A DNA stretch of 64,000 nucleotides from Mizuhopecten yessoensis (GCF_002113885.1 NW_018403528.1:596433-660432); one strand, 5' to 3'. Positions 13,901 through 27,299 are shown, numbered from the stretch's first letter. Made by a program: numbers and translations. The notes: generated by a model not told the origin, from the sequence alone.

Positions 13901-16245
13901 TTTCTACCTGCGCAAATGGTTTCTATGACAACCAAATGCAGCTTAAGCAATACGATCTACCTAGTACAACGCTACCAATAAGGTATTCCTGAAACGTGTG
14001 AAAAATTCATTAGACAGTGTATCAATTATACATCACATGTTTGGCAAGATTGGCCTCGAACACACACAAAGTCCGTACCATACATATACATGTTTTTGAA
14101 ACTGAACAAAGCTGTTGTCCCACCGGACGTGACGTGCACGCATGTCGTTCGTGACCCCATTTTATTACGGCGGGCGCCGTCTGGTGAGCGGGTGCTTGGG
14201 GATCTGGGAGCTAAACGCATGCTGAAAATCAAATTGGAATTTGAAAGTCAAATTAATCACCGCGTGAGAGAAAATGATTGACTCCGAACGTCCTAAGGAT
14301 ACCCGTGGGTCCTCCTGGGTCACGTCGGATCAGGTGGGCCCCAGGACCAGAGTCTCAACGTTACCCGCCTGATGTTTCTGAGATTCTTCCTTTTATTAAT
14401 TTTGGAGTCCACCACAAACGCCCCTGTCAACTTTCGGACCATTCGGTATGCGTCCAAGTTCGCTGTAATCAAGAGAATGATAAACATATTACGTCACTTG
14501 ATTTGGTTATAACCCCTAACTACGATGTAGGAGCAGTGCATTTTATTAACATAGTTTTTACATTGTCCGTGTGACATGTTTTCTGTCGGGAAGTGTCCAA
14601 TTATTCGTAATATAAAAATGTGGGCCTGATATAGTATTTTGAAGTGTTTCCTGCTGACCTTAATTCAAAACCGGAAGTAGATGCATGCCAGTGACGGCGA
14701 ACTAAATCGTACCGTGGCATGTTCTATATAAAGAACACAAATTATACACCATTAGTGAAACACTGAGTTTCATTAACACGTTACGACGTAAAGTGCCCCG
14801 TCCCTGGGATCACCCGTGTTGTCACTGGAGCATAATGGAGGAAAGATTGATTGTCGGAAAGGTTTAACCTTGTTATTCCGGAGTCTGAGGCTAAAGTTTC
14901 CGGATAAGGAAGTGCCATGGTAACTAAAAGCTCCAAAATGCGATAATGATTTAAGAGATATAAATCAAATTAACCAACCAAAATAAAAATTACATCAAGT
15001 TCGAACAAGGTATGAACCCTGTCTGACGCCCTGTTTAGAGAGAAACAATACGTCCCTCAACTGTAAATATTTTGCATAGTTCACGAGATTTTAATTTCGA
15101 TTTAATTGTCGAAGAGTCCTTCGAGTAAACATTTCCCGATCAAAGTTCCTAAAAATAACTGTATAGATAACATAACATAACATGTATAAATGTTCTTAAT
15201 GCGATTTCTTACATCCACCCTTTAAAATTCTTTCATAACGTTTTCACACAAAAAATATTCGCGGAAAAAAATTTGAATGAAAATAATTAATTTATTTATC
15301 ATACAACAATTAACAAAGCAATTTTCCTCAGCTTTTCCCTACCGTTGACCCGGAAGAACGCGCACAGTTTGTCTTTTTATTGGAGGAAACCGGATAACTC
15401 GTGCAAAATGAAAGTCGAAATACATCGCCTTGCTTCTTGCCTATATCTTACACGTGCATCTTCATCCAGTGTGATCATTACCCTACCAACAAGCCTATTC
15501 GCGAGGGGGAGGGGCACACTTTGTATACACGTGCATATATTGGCGGTGTAACATTTCTCTGATCGAAAAACTACACCAGCTCGACACGATATAAATATTC
15601 TCGTAAAGTGTTTATTGTTTCTTTTTTCCTGATGGTTTGGCAAGCGTACCTATTTCCCCATACTTTGTGATTCAGCATAAAATGAACGCACCTCCCCAGC
15701 TATGATACAACGTTACAGAGCCCTCGCCGTGTGCGAGCAGGCACAGCAACTCGGCCTGAATCATTATCCCCCAACTGGGGGATACAATTAGAATCATGAA
15801 TGAAAACGACACTTCCATGGCAAACAAAATATCGTGCAAAGAATCGTGTAAATATACTGCTGTATTCATAGAAAACTGATCGCAACCGAGTCAGAATCGC
15901 GTCTAGATGGAGCTATCGAGAAGTGTGTCATAAAAAAGAATTATCGTTCCTTCGGAACACATAAGCCGATGCCGGAGGTTTCTAGTGTAAGCTGGTAATA
16001 TTGTCAAGGAACATAAAACAAACCCTTGCAGACCACAAATTAGAGGCTTTAAGGACCGATAAAAAACAGGAGGGTGGACATTATCACCACCTCCTGGGAC
16101 CTGGGTCGTTTGCAAAGCCAGAGCAATACGAGAATGGCGCGGACCATTTATCTAGTAGTGCTAATCGTGGCTGACACTCGGAGAGAATGAAGTGTCCCGA
16201 GGGGATCAGAATGCAACGAGCTACCGAAGGAACGATCTCAAATGA

Positions 16246-16518
16246 CTGGTCCATATTGCGCCAGGTCGATATTGGCAGAGGTACGCTGAAGGTTTCTTGG
16301 ACAGATATGAGAATTCTGTAAACTTCCGGTAGATCTTCAAATATCAAACCATATATCTAAAACTTAGTCTATTGTATTCAGGATGTTGCTAATGAGATTT
16401 AAAAACCGGATAGCGACAAAGAAACAAAAAATGTGCTCTTTCAATCTTAGGAAATTTAACTCCAATGGGGCTGCTGATTCAAATAGTTCGGTTCTGAATA
16501 TGAATTGTCCTATTGTAC
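16246..16518. repeat. ~270-bp direct duplication, copy 1
   Basis: ctggtccatatt...tgtcctattgtac aligns with 18953-19223 at roughly 90% identity by eye. Confidence 0.93.
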
Positions 16519-16614
16519 TGTTGACCTCTCTGGACCGAATATTTTTGCGGTAATCGATCATCTTAGTTTATATTTTCTTCAAAACTTTTCACAAATACTT
16601 AACAAAATAACCCC

Positions 16615-18175
16615 TCCTCTCTTGGGGACCTTGTATTGTCCTGTCGTCAACCCTTCCCTCTATTTGGGACCTACTGGTGTCCCGTCCCTGTCGTCAACTC
16701 CTCCCTCTATTTGTGACCTGCTGGTGCCCCTTCCCTGTCGTCAACTCCTCCTTCTCTTTGGGACCTGCTGGTGCCCCTCCCTGTCGTCAACTCCTCCTTC
16801 TCTTTGGGACCTGCTGGTGCCCCCTCCATGTTGTCAACTCCTCCCTCTCTTTTGGACCTACTGGTGTCCCGTCCCTGTTGTCAACCCCTCCCTCTCTTTG
16901 GGACCTGCTGGTGCCCCCTCCCTGTGGTCAACCCCTCCCTCTCTTTGGGACCTGCTGGTGCCCCCTCCCTGTGGTCAACCCCTCCTTCTCTTTCGGACCT
17001 GCTGGTGCCCCCTCCCTGTGGTCAACCCTTCCTTCTCTTTGGGACCTTCTGGTGCCCCCTCCCTGTCGTCAACTCCTCTCTCTCTTTTGGACCTGCTAGT
17101 GCTGCCTCCCTGTGGTCAACCCCTCCCTCTCTTTGGGACCTACTGGTGTCCCGTCCCTGTGGTCAACTCCTTACTCTCTTTGGGACCCGCTGGTGCCCCC
17201 TCCCTGTGGTCAACCCCTCTCTCTTTTTGGGACCTGCTGGTGCCCCCTCCCTGTGGTCAACTCCTCCCTCTCTTTGGGACCTGTTGGTGCCCCCTCTCTA
17301 TGGTCAACCCCTCCTTCTCTTTGGGTCCTGCTGGTGCCCCCTCCCTGTGGTCAACTCCTCCTTCACTTTGGGACCTGCTGGTGCCCCCTCCCTGTGATCA
17401 ACTCCTCCCTCTCTGTGGGACCTTCTGGTGCCCCCTCCCTGTGGTCAACTCCTCCCTCTCTTTGGGGCCTGCTGTTGCCCCCTCCCTGTCGGCAACCCCT
17501 CCCTCTCTTTGGGACCTGCTGGTGCCCCCTCCCTGTCATCAACTCCTCTTTCTCTTTGGGACCTGCTGATGCCCCCTCCCTGTCGTTAACCCCTCCCTCT
17601 CTTTAAGACCTGCTGATGCCCCCTCCATGTGGTCAATTTCTCTCTCTCTTTGTGACCTGCTGGTGCCCCCTTCCTGTGGTCAACCCCTCCCTCTCTTTGG
17701 GACCTGCTGGTGCCCCCTCCCTGTTGTCAACTCCTCCTTCTATTTGGGACCTTCTGGTGCCCCATCCCTGTGGTCAACCCCTCCTTCTTTTTGGGACCTG
17801 CTGGTGCCCCCTCCCTGTGGTCAACCCTACCCTCTCTTTGGGACCTGCTGATGCCCCTCTCCCTGTGGTCAACCCTTCCCTCTCTTTAGGAGGGACCTGC
17901 TGGTGCCCCCTCCCTGTGGTCAACCCTTCCCTCTCTTTGGGACCTGCTGGTGCCCCCTCCCTGTGGTCAACCCTTGCTTCTCTTTGGGTCCTGCTGGTGC
18001 CCCACTCCTGTGGTCAACCCTTCCCTCTCTTTGGGACCTGCTGGTGCCCCCTCCCTGTGGTCAACCCCTCCCTCTCTTTGGGTCCTGCTGGTGCCCCCTC
18101 CCTGTGGTCAACCCTTCCCTCTCTTTGGGACCTGCTGGTGCCCCTCCCTGTCGTCAACCCCTCCCTCTCTCCTTC
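16615..18175. repeat. Minisatellite, 47-bp pyrimidine-rich unit, ~33 copies
   Basis: Unit ctctttgggacctgctggtgccccctccctgtggtcaacccctccct; generates the Pro/Leu/Ser-rich ORFs in all three + frames. Confidence 0.97.
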
Positions 18176-18952
18176 CCTTCCACTTGAATTACTTAATCCC
18201 CTCCCCTCCATTTTGCTGATCCTCTCCTAGAGACTTGTCCCCCCCCCCCTCTTGGTTCCTTTCCTTGGGCCGTTTGGTGGTCCCCTCAATCCCTCCCGCT
18301 CCTGTCGCAGACGGACAGTTTGCTACTGTAACTGTTTCATCAATATAAAGCATTTTTGAATTGAAGTGCCGCATCATGGCGAATGACTCATAATCTGCGG
18401 TAACGTATAGACCCGACGGCTGTCCCACAGCAATACCACTTAGTATAATCGTCTCACGGACGGCCGGTTTGTAATGTTCCTATTTGTAAGCTTTGTAGAA
18501 ATACAATGACATTTCTAGTAATTTCAGTAATCACAATTTCGTATAAGAGTGAGACGACTGGAACGGTGCAAGTACTTTCATGGTACAAAGAATTCGTATG
18601 AAATATCAAGTGAATTATGTATACAATATATATGTACATGCTGGCAGAGTTACCAATAACAATATCCCAAATCTGAGTTATTAAATTTCGATTGTTTCTC
18701 AGACGTGGTACGGATTGCGTGGTATGGACACTTTGTATTGCCAGTGACATCATTTATTAAAGGTTCTGAACACAAAATTAAATTGGAATATAACTAATTT
18801 GTTTCCTGACCATAGAAACCATGACAAACATATAAAGCTCTAACCGTGGAAAGTAAGGAATCATCAACATGCATATTGTCCCACAAATCTTTTGGGTGTG
18901 TCTGGGTATTTAGATTTGATGGCCTGTCGTAGTTTGATCTACCACCACCGGG

Positions 18953-19223
18953 CTGGTCCATATTTCGCCAGGTCGATATTGGCAGAGGTACGCTGAAGGT
19001 TTTCCTGGACAGATATAAGAATTCTGTAAACTTCCGGTAGATCTTCAAATATCAAAACATATATCTCAAACTTAGTCTTTGTATTCAGGATGTTGCTAAT
19101 GAGATTTAAAAACCGCATAGCGACAAAGAAACAAAACTGTGCTCTTTGATCTTAGGAAATTTAACTCCTATGGGGATGTTGATTCAAACTGTTCGGTTCT
19201 GAATATGAAATGTCCTATTGTAC
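18953..19223. repeat. ~270-bp direct duplication, copy 2
   Basis: Same sequence as 16246-16518 with substitutions and different small indels. Confidence 0.93.
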
Positions 19224-19659
19224 AGCAAAAAAAGTTTTTTTAAAAGCGCGCTCTCTAGCGGAGAAAATTGGTACTAAAGCAAGTAATCCGGTTAACTCGG
19301 TGGTGGTTCTGAACGTGCTATGTTCTCGTACTGATGTTTTTGAAATGTTATGAAAAAGGTGGGTAAGAAAGTGTTTTGGCATTATTAATTGTTTATAATT
19401 TCTTGGCATTCATTCTTCGTTGCTGTACTGTGGTACACTCTCGCGTGGTACACAAACGAAACAATAATATTTTGTTTCTGAATCGTGGTACACTTCTGTG
19501 TGGTCGACATCGGCCCCAGATATCTTATGACCAAAAAGTGAATCATGGCCGATTTTGGCTCTAGTACATTTGTATGGGACAGAAACAAGAAATAAAACTG
19601 AAACTTAAGTGTACCTCGACAGTGGAACGTGGTACAAAAACGAAGTATAAATCCGCCAA

Positions 19660-19820
19660 ATGTACCCGGATCGGACGTGAATAGGTATAGGGTCACCTGT
19701 CCGCCTACGTGGGTTTTCTCCGGGTACTCCGGTTTCCTCCCACACTGAGACCCCACGCGCGCTAACATACGGGCCAACAATAGTGATTTATATAAAATGT
19801 GAAAACTTGTTTCATAATTG
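19660..19820 (+). mobile_element. SINE fragment with Deu/Nin-like core
   Basis: gggttttctccgggtactccggtttcctcccac core followed by an A-rich end (aaataaataaag). Confidence 0.7.
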
Positions 19821-21714
19821 TTTTAAAATAAATAAAGTTTATGTTTTAAATGTACTTAGACGTCGACACACGCAAACTCATATTACAAATGAAATTCCTT
19901 TAAGATAGACCCACCCTCATGAGTCTTTACATGTACAATGTAGGTCCGGAACACGCAGGTTTTACCGCACCCGATCATTATATTACCATGGGTACCCTTC
20001 TCTTTGTTTGTGTCTTCAGGTGCATAATGATTTACTGGTGTACAAATGCTGTACAATTGTTAAAGGTAATTGTATACAACTCGTCATCATTTACATTAAT
20101 CATTTAAAGTAATGTTCATAGCCCGGGAAATCTACACAAATAATCATATCTATTTTTTCAATATCAATCGATTCAATATCGCTGAAATATTAATTTCATA
20201 TACAGTTTGTCATCGCAATGCTTTTAGAATTTTTATTTGATGAAGTCATTAATTTTATTACAAAAATAAGGCTAAGATATGGAAGCCTGATGGTCCATAC
20301 ATTCTCGACAACCTTGTTCTAACGTAACACGGACAGACACGTGTTTTATTGCCCTTTTCTGTTCCAAGGACAACGTTTCATGACGACATACATGTATCTT
20401 GTTTGTTTTGACGAAGCTTACCTAGCGAGTAAACCGGATACTTCTACGCATTTTAAAGCGTTCCTTTAGATATCAGTTATCAACTAGATTTTAACACAGA
20501 TTTCGTGTATAAACTTAAAAAAACCCATATACCCTGTACACCATAGTCACAATGGCAAGATAAAATTACACGTTCCTAGTCACGGCTTATCCATGGACGC
20601 GTGCAACATAGACATCTAATGTTGTTTACCCCCACCCCAATTCATCACATTGGGTTACAGCTTACACCTGGCGAATAGCAAGTTAATAATGGGCTAACAC
20701 GCAACGGGGTTTTATTTTCATTTTTGTTTTTAAACTCCTTGTACAATTGAGGATGAGCGCCAAAAGAACCTTTGACAAATTGGTGACGGTAAATCACGTA
20801 TCTGGATCGCTTTGATCACAAATCCGAAAAGAAAAAAAACATGTAACACTATCAGTTTTTGTGTTCATTGCAGAATGCACATTTCAAAGTCGTCTCTCAA
20901 GTGTTTAGGACCGTCTTCACTAATGTTCAACTTACTCCCAGCAGAAAAGTCCATCGATTCACGCCATATTTCTTTTCGACGATCTGGCAGATGGTTCTTT
21001 AACTTCCGGTGAGATTTTAGTCACATGACAAGCTGATCTTCTTGCGAAAATGTGGTCGAAATTTCATACTATGGTATTCAGAATTTGAAATCTACATGAC
21101 TTGAAATGAAAACACTAAAATCAATCAACATTTACAATGTTTCAGTCTATACCTAAGGATATGTAAGTCCATGCATTTTAATTTGAAGAATCTATAAAGT
21201 CACAACAAGTGTAATGAGAATATTAACAGTTTATTCTTGCTTCTCTCGGCCTAATCCGATGAAAACCGAATAGTCGATATTTGGCGTCAATCCCGAGGAC
21301 AGCCGAATGGTCAATTGTTTTGTTGATATGTATTGTCACCGAGAACAATCAGGTTGGAATCACAAGGACACCTGACTCGGAAATCAATGTAACACCGGTA
21401 CAGGGTGATCATTCTATTGATGCTGCCGCGCCGCCGGAGAAATAGAGATTCATCTGTTCAGAGAGGTGAGCACCTTAAACCCAACCGCAGCCCATTGCGA
21501 ATGCTATCATTTCTATCAAAATCATATACACACATTAAAACAATGTTTCTATACAAAAACACGTTCAAACCTGCGATTTTGTATGTGAAGGTTCATAGTT
21601 TTCCTTCTGATCATCATTGAAATATGGAGGATTTTTTTTCTTGGAATAAACTCCTTTGATTTTCTTTAGTTTTGGCTTCATGTTGGCGCAACACATACAT
21701 GTATAGGTTTGCTT

Positions 21715-21975
21715 CGGTCTTAATGTATTTTCTCATCTTATTGACAGCCAAGGTCATTTGAGCACGTGCCTGTGTGTGTAATATATGCGTGGGTGCTGAA
21801 GGCGGTTTGTTGATGTATTGTCCTTGCAATATCACGGTTCTGATGCCGACTTTGGAGTGTTACTTCATTGATATACAAAGCCAAGGGCACCCAGTATGGT
21901 ATTCCGCCGGGTTTACCAGTTGTAGTGATTACCTTAAATGCTGAACGTTAAGTAGGGAATAACAACTAGCAGGTC
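21715..21975 (-). mobile_element. Degenerate SINE (Meta-like mollusc family)
   Basis: Shares blocks (acagccaaggtcattt; ctgatgccgactt) with 22065-22400. Confidence 0.5.
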
Positions 21976-22064
21976 ATATGTCACATGACGACGGCTGTCA
22001 AAGAGGAAACCTGGAAAGGCTGGCAATAAAATATAGAAACGACACCTACGTCATTTTACAACGG

Positions 22065-22400
22065 TTTGGTTTGGTTTAATTTTGTTTGGCGTCCTATTAA
22101 CAGCTAGAGTCATTTAAGGACGTACCTCCATGTGTGTAGTATATGCGTGCTTGTGTGTTTGTATACAGGACACAGGGTATGTTGGTGTGCTTGCCTCCTT
22201 GTGATAGCGCGGATCTGATGTCGACTTTATAGTGCTTTCTCACGGAACAGCCTTGCCGAAGGCACTAAGCACACCATTCCGCCCGGTCACCCGTTGGTAT
22301 GTCCCGGCCTGGGGACAGAACCCATTGCCTTCCTCATCTGGGTGAACGCTCAATTAACAGTCAAGCCAAAAGTTAGGTTCTGCCAGGCAAGGCGCTAGGA
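22065..22400 (-). mobile_element. SINE (Meta-like mollusc family)
   Basis: (ggttt)n tail at left and ctgatgtcgactttatagtgct...gccgaaggcac core; related to 60470-60700 in opposite orientation. Confidence 0.6.
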
Positions 22401-22484
22401 AATAAAAGATAGTTAGAAGTAGAAGAAGGATAAATATCCTGTACACAAATAGAGGAACCCCCCCCCCCATTCTACAGTGGGTTT

Positions 22485-22562
22485 CCACATGAGCCGCTTC
22501 CTACGATACATGCAGTGGGTAACAGCAGGTGTATTCTTTTTCCGATCCCCCACCTGCAGGGG
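22485..22562 (-). other. Dispersed ~80-nt structured element, copy 1 (pseudoknot plus hairpin on - strand)
   Basis: Related copies at 29530-29611 and 48903-48982; complementary blocks cccc/gggg, gcaggtg/cacctgc, ccac/gtgg. Confidence 0.6.
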
Positions 22563-25500
22563 TGAATTTACAACGGTCTCTAAGAGAGACAGAATAACAC
22601 GAAACGATAGAAACAAGAAACGACATCTAGGTCATTTGACAAAGGATGGAGATAAAAGTTAGAAAACAGAGGATAGAGAACATTATTTCAATTCTAGACA
22701 ATGTATACCATATTTTAAGCACACGGAACAGATGAGTCTACTGTCAACTAAGTATAGGTGTCCTTGATTTCGCTTGTGGACGTTTTGATTTCACGAACTT
22801 TTCGATATTGAAGACGTTTTGACTATGTGGCGTTTAAGACAAGAGGCATAAAGTACTTTGCACCCCGTGAACAACTGACAACACGCCACGAAGAGCTGTA
22901 TCAATAGACAAGAGTAACTATTTAAATACGGAGAATCGAACCCCTGTAATACATGGAGGGTCCTTTCTGTTGAGAGGACGTTAAACTACATCCAAACAAA
23001 AACTGACCAATTGTCCACCATTCACTTGACCAATGAACTTAAGGTGTCTACCGGTGTAGCCAAGGGGACGTCACTCCGGGTGGTTAAAGTACATGACTGA
23101 CACGTTTCCGGTATTAGACCTTGTAATAATTAACCAGACCCTGTGTGATAAATACAGGAGAAAAGTGCCGTATTTCTCACTAATACACAATATGACAGGA
23201 TTGCCAACGATGAATGGATGCGTGTCAACATCGCAGCTTTGCTAAGTAGAATGTCCTTGCGTGTCAGATATACTAAAGTATCAGAATACCTCAGATTGGT
23301 AGACTACTATTCCTTAATGATAATTCCATATGTTCCCAATTCTTCCCCAACTAGCTCGCACTCTGTAGTCAGGAGAAAGTGTGCTACGCCTGCAGTATAC
23401 CTCTCAATGCACTCGCTGGAGTAGCCTAGCTAGTTCTAGTAGGTGCAGTACACATACTTAGGAATTACATTCAAAGCTTTGTTAGCTTGACAATATTGAA
23501 CCGCAGTTTTCAGAATTCATTTGTTTTGACATGTATCATACGCCTTTTTCATCCACAGAATTTCAATTATTATTTCTAGATAAGTATCAATACTTTTGAG
23601 CAATAAACGTCAAAATGACAGGCTTACGGCTTGTCATCTTGTTTCATCAGTTTTATACATGTTCGACACCCTACAATAGAGCCACGCAGGTCTGGTTTAT
23701 ACAGAATTCCGAACAAAACAGGTTCGGTGAGCTAACTGTGGGTCTAGGTCGTGCCGAACAAAGCAGGCTCGGTAAGGTACTATACAGGTTATAGCAGATA
23801 TTGTACACTTACAGACATTAGTCCGCCTGAAGATTTATTATATATATATATATATTTGAATATTGTAAAAATAAAGCTTTCTCGCTAGGCTAACCAGGCC
23901 GGAGATACAATAGTAAACGGTCCAGACACGGTGGGTGAGGAGAGATTCGCTGTTTATTATGTAAAGTAGCACACTTGGGTACAATCTACACGTACTTGGC
24001 AGCGCGTTCTGGTAGTCTGACGATGATGATACAAAGACATCAGCGCCTCAGTAAGTAACACAATGTGTCCTTGAGGTAGTGATCCACTTACGGCGAACCT
24101 AGTAAAAACTTAACCTGTACCAGAAAACCAGGCCAAAACTACTCTCCGGAATGAGACTCAATATTGTGTTCAATAAATGAACTCCTTAGTTGAATGACTG
24201 TTGATCGATCGTAAAAATTAATCGAACGATTTACGCGGAAATAATTTCTCAACGAGTTGCGTTGTTCAAAGATGCATTTCAATGATGAAAGGTTTACAAT
24301 GAGTTGTTATTAGCACATGTTGTAAACTCAAGCAACAAGGACAAACAGCCATTGAAATCGCGCCACTTTGTAATTACATTATACTTCGGCTCGAAAGATA
24401 AAATCAATTTGATTTGATGCTAATACAATAAGCGCCATTTAAACGTGTCAGTGTTGAAATTAAATTGAATAGAAAAAATCGAAACGTAGATCGCCTAAAA
24501 TACATCAATAAGTTTGAAATAGAAATGATAATTGGAATGATTCGATTGATTTCAGGTACACGAGTGGTCCTTTAGACGATGTACGTCACGGGTGGTTTAA
24601 TTTGTGACGTTGGTTGTCCGCCTGGTAATGACAAGATAGACAGAGTAATACCATGAATACGTGTCCCTACCATGCTGGCAGCATGGTTGGCTGTACTGTC
24701 GCATTGCGTCAGAGCGAGCCCGGCCGTGATTTCTCGTTCTCATCACAAACTGTGGTCTGTTTCGTAGAGTGGTATCGATCACAATCAGATAAACGCTTAT
24801 GTTATCCAGCATGGCGACTCGTGAACAATGCCATTGTTTAGTGAGACGAGCAATATAAAGGACATGTCGAAAAGTTTGGAACTCATTCCTTTGGTATTAC
24901 GACACGTCCATTCTCATCCTCCGCCGGAAACAATGCACAACTCCTGCGAGCGTTGCCAATCCATTTGTTTATTCCCGCGCTAAGCCTAATAGACATTTGC
25001 CAGTGTTCACTGCTTCCAGCTCTAGCTGTGCATTTGTACCCCAATCATCCCTTACTCTCCGCCCTACCATCCACGTGAAAAAATAATCGCATAGCCAACC
25101 TTTATGCTAGGCACTTAAAGCAGTCGAATCGAAACAACACCATCTATTTACTAAGACGAAAGTAAGTTTCGTCTGAGAACAAAACGTTTCGCTACAGTTT
25201 AGTGTTGCCTTGAAGAATGTAAGAACATAGGAGACACAAACGGTGTTATTTACGGTCGTAATTTTGATGACTGAGTTGTTCAACAGACGTAGTGAGCGTG
25301 TAAACTTATTCCAACCGGCAGTCGACGGTTGAAAGCTCGAATCTCGTCGGGATTGTCGCATCTAGTGTACGCCTGCATTCCTCGCCTGTTCTCTATCATA
25401 GTGAACGATCGCGTTCGATGACGTCACCATATCCCTCCATGGTGTAGCGTTCTGAAGAATTTCTTTTGAGAGTCCTCAGCGTTTGCCTTATAAATTTGTT

Positions 25501-27299
25501 TGTCACGATAATGATTGAATCAACTTACAATTTTATCCGTTATTGTGAATCCTATAGGCTACTACCTAACGATATGCTGTTATCACTACTCACTAGGGTA
25601 TTCTTTGTTTTATTATCATTGCTATTAATCACTTAATGAATAATTGTCATCGATAAAATTCATTAAAGACAGAATGTTATCTTAATTTTGCATTAGAGTT
25701 TATCAACGATTTAGAAAATGTCCAGGATCAAAATGAAACTGGTAAATGTGGATGCCATCTGTTGGTTAGCTACTGAACGATGAAATATATTAGGGTGCAT
25801 AGCGTTTGTATTTTTTTGTACTGAACACCTCTTACAAAGTATTAAAATTCTCGCCGATGACAAAGATATAAATGACCGATTTCCTAACTGTTCCGGTGTC
25901 ATACATCTTACTACAAGTCCAAAAACGTAGTTTTAGATTATCGATCCTTTAAAAACAGAATTAGTTCGCAGCTATATTACATTGTAATTCGTCTTTAAAA
26001 GTACGTGAACAAAAACTAACCTTATTGACTATACACTAGTTGGCACATCTTGATACATTTTGATTGTTGAAGAAATATATACACTATATATCTTATATTA
26101 TATTAACACTATCAGTATAGCTTATCTGTATACAAAAGCATTTGTTTGGATTATAATGATGACATGCTAGGGAAATAAAACGTAATGTTTCCCTTTTGCG
26201 CTCAAGTGTCCCTGTCATATTCCCCTCACTCGGGACCTCTCTAGAAAGTTATGTAAGAGATGTCACTCCTGGGTTTCGAAGGGCTGCATCAGAGGACCGC
26301 AATGGAGCATGCTTTTGATATTTTTACTGTGGTGTAATTGTTCAATAACGGTTAAATTCTCCGTCATTTTTCGGGGGAAATTTTCCCATTTGTTTTCCAA
26401 CTGAAAATATCGCTAAGGCTGAATATCACCTTATACCTGTGATTTGTATTCAAGTTGCTAACTTGGGATTAGTTTTAATTGTTGATGTTGATTATCCATT
26501 AATTTATAACCAGCTGAATGTAAGCAACGCGTTCATAAAGTTAGTTTACGGATTGTTAGTGAGTGTTTACTGTGGCAGAAAGATGAAGTGTTTACGTGAA
26601 GACAAGACGAACTGATAAACTATACATGTACATTGTATGTCTTGGGATGATTTCCATGCAGATGAGACTTTTAACTGTGTGTGTCGAAATCTTGTCAAAA
26701 AAGTTAAGTATCTGTCTTTCATCTGCGGCGTCTGAAAATTAGTTCTTATGTGAGCCAACCTTCTATCGTAAGCCGCCATTGTGTCCCATCCAGACTCATA
26801 GAAGCAATACGATTTTATCTGAAGCAACCCGTTCCGTGTGTACATAGCCTTAAAACCAACCATTGTTTTCTTCATGGCAATTCAAATAACTGCTTTATAA
26901 ATAAGTAGGTTTCGGAAGGGTTTATTGACTCAAGTGGTAGTTTCTTTAACATAAAATCGATTTGTATCTCAGCTTTTGTAGCTTTGTCCGTGGGTCCGTG
27001 CGTATTGTCAAAGGTCACTTCAACGACACGACCACGGTCTCTATCAAACATGCATCATATCTAAAGTTATCAGGACCATTGGATTATGTGTCTGTGTCAA
27101 CAACAGTATTTTTCTACAAGAAACCTCAAAACCTTTATAAATATATAACACAGACAAAACGCATTCTTTACAAGCGTGAAACAGAGCGTCTTGGAATGTT
27201 TTTATTTCTGTTGTGTTCTTGTTTGTTTTAAATCTCCCTAAGTACAAACAATTACGTACCGTCTACCTACATCTATAGACTAAATGGCGCGGTATATAT

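Noticed and set aside
16505-18230. Long Pro/Leu/Ser/Cys-rich ORFs
   Set aside because: The 47-bp unit is not a multiple of 3 and lacks stops, so all three frames give the same cyclic peptide.
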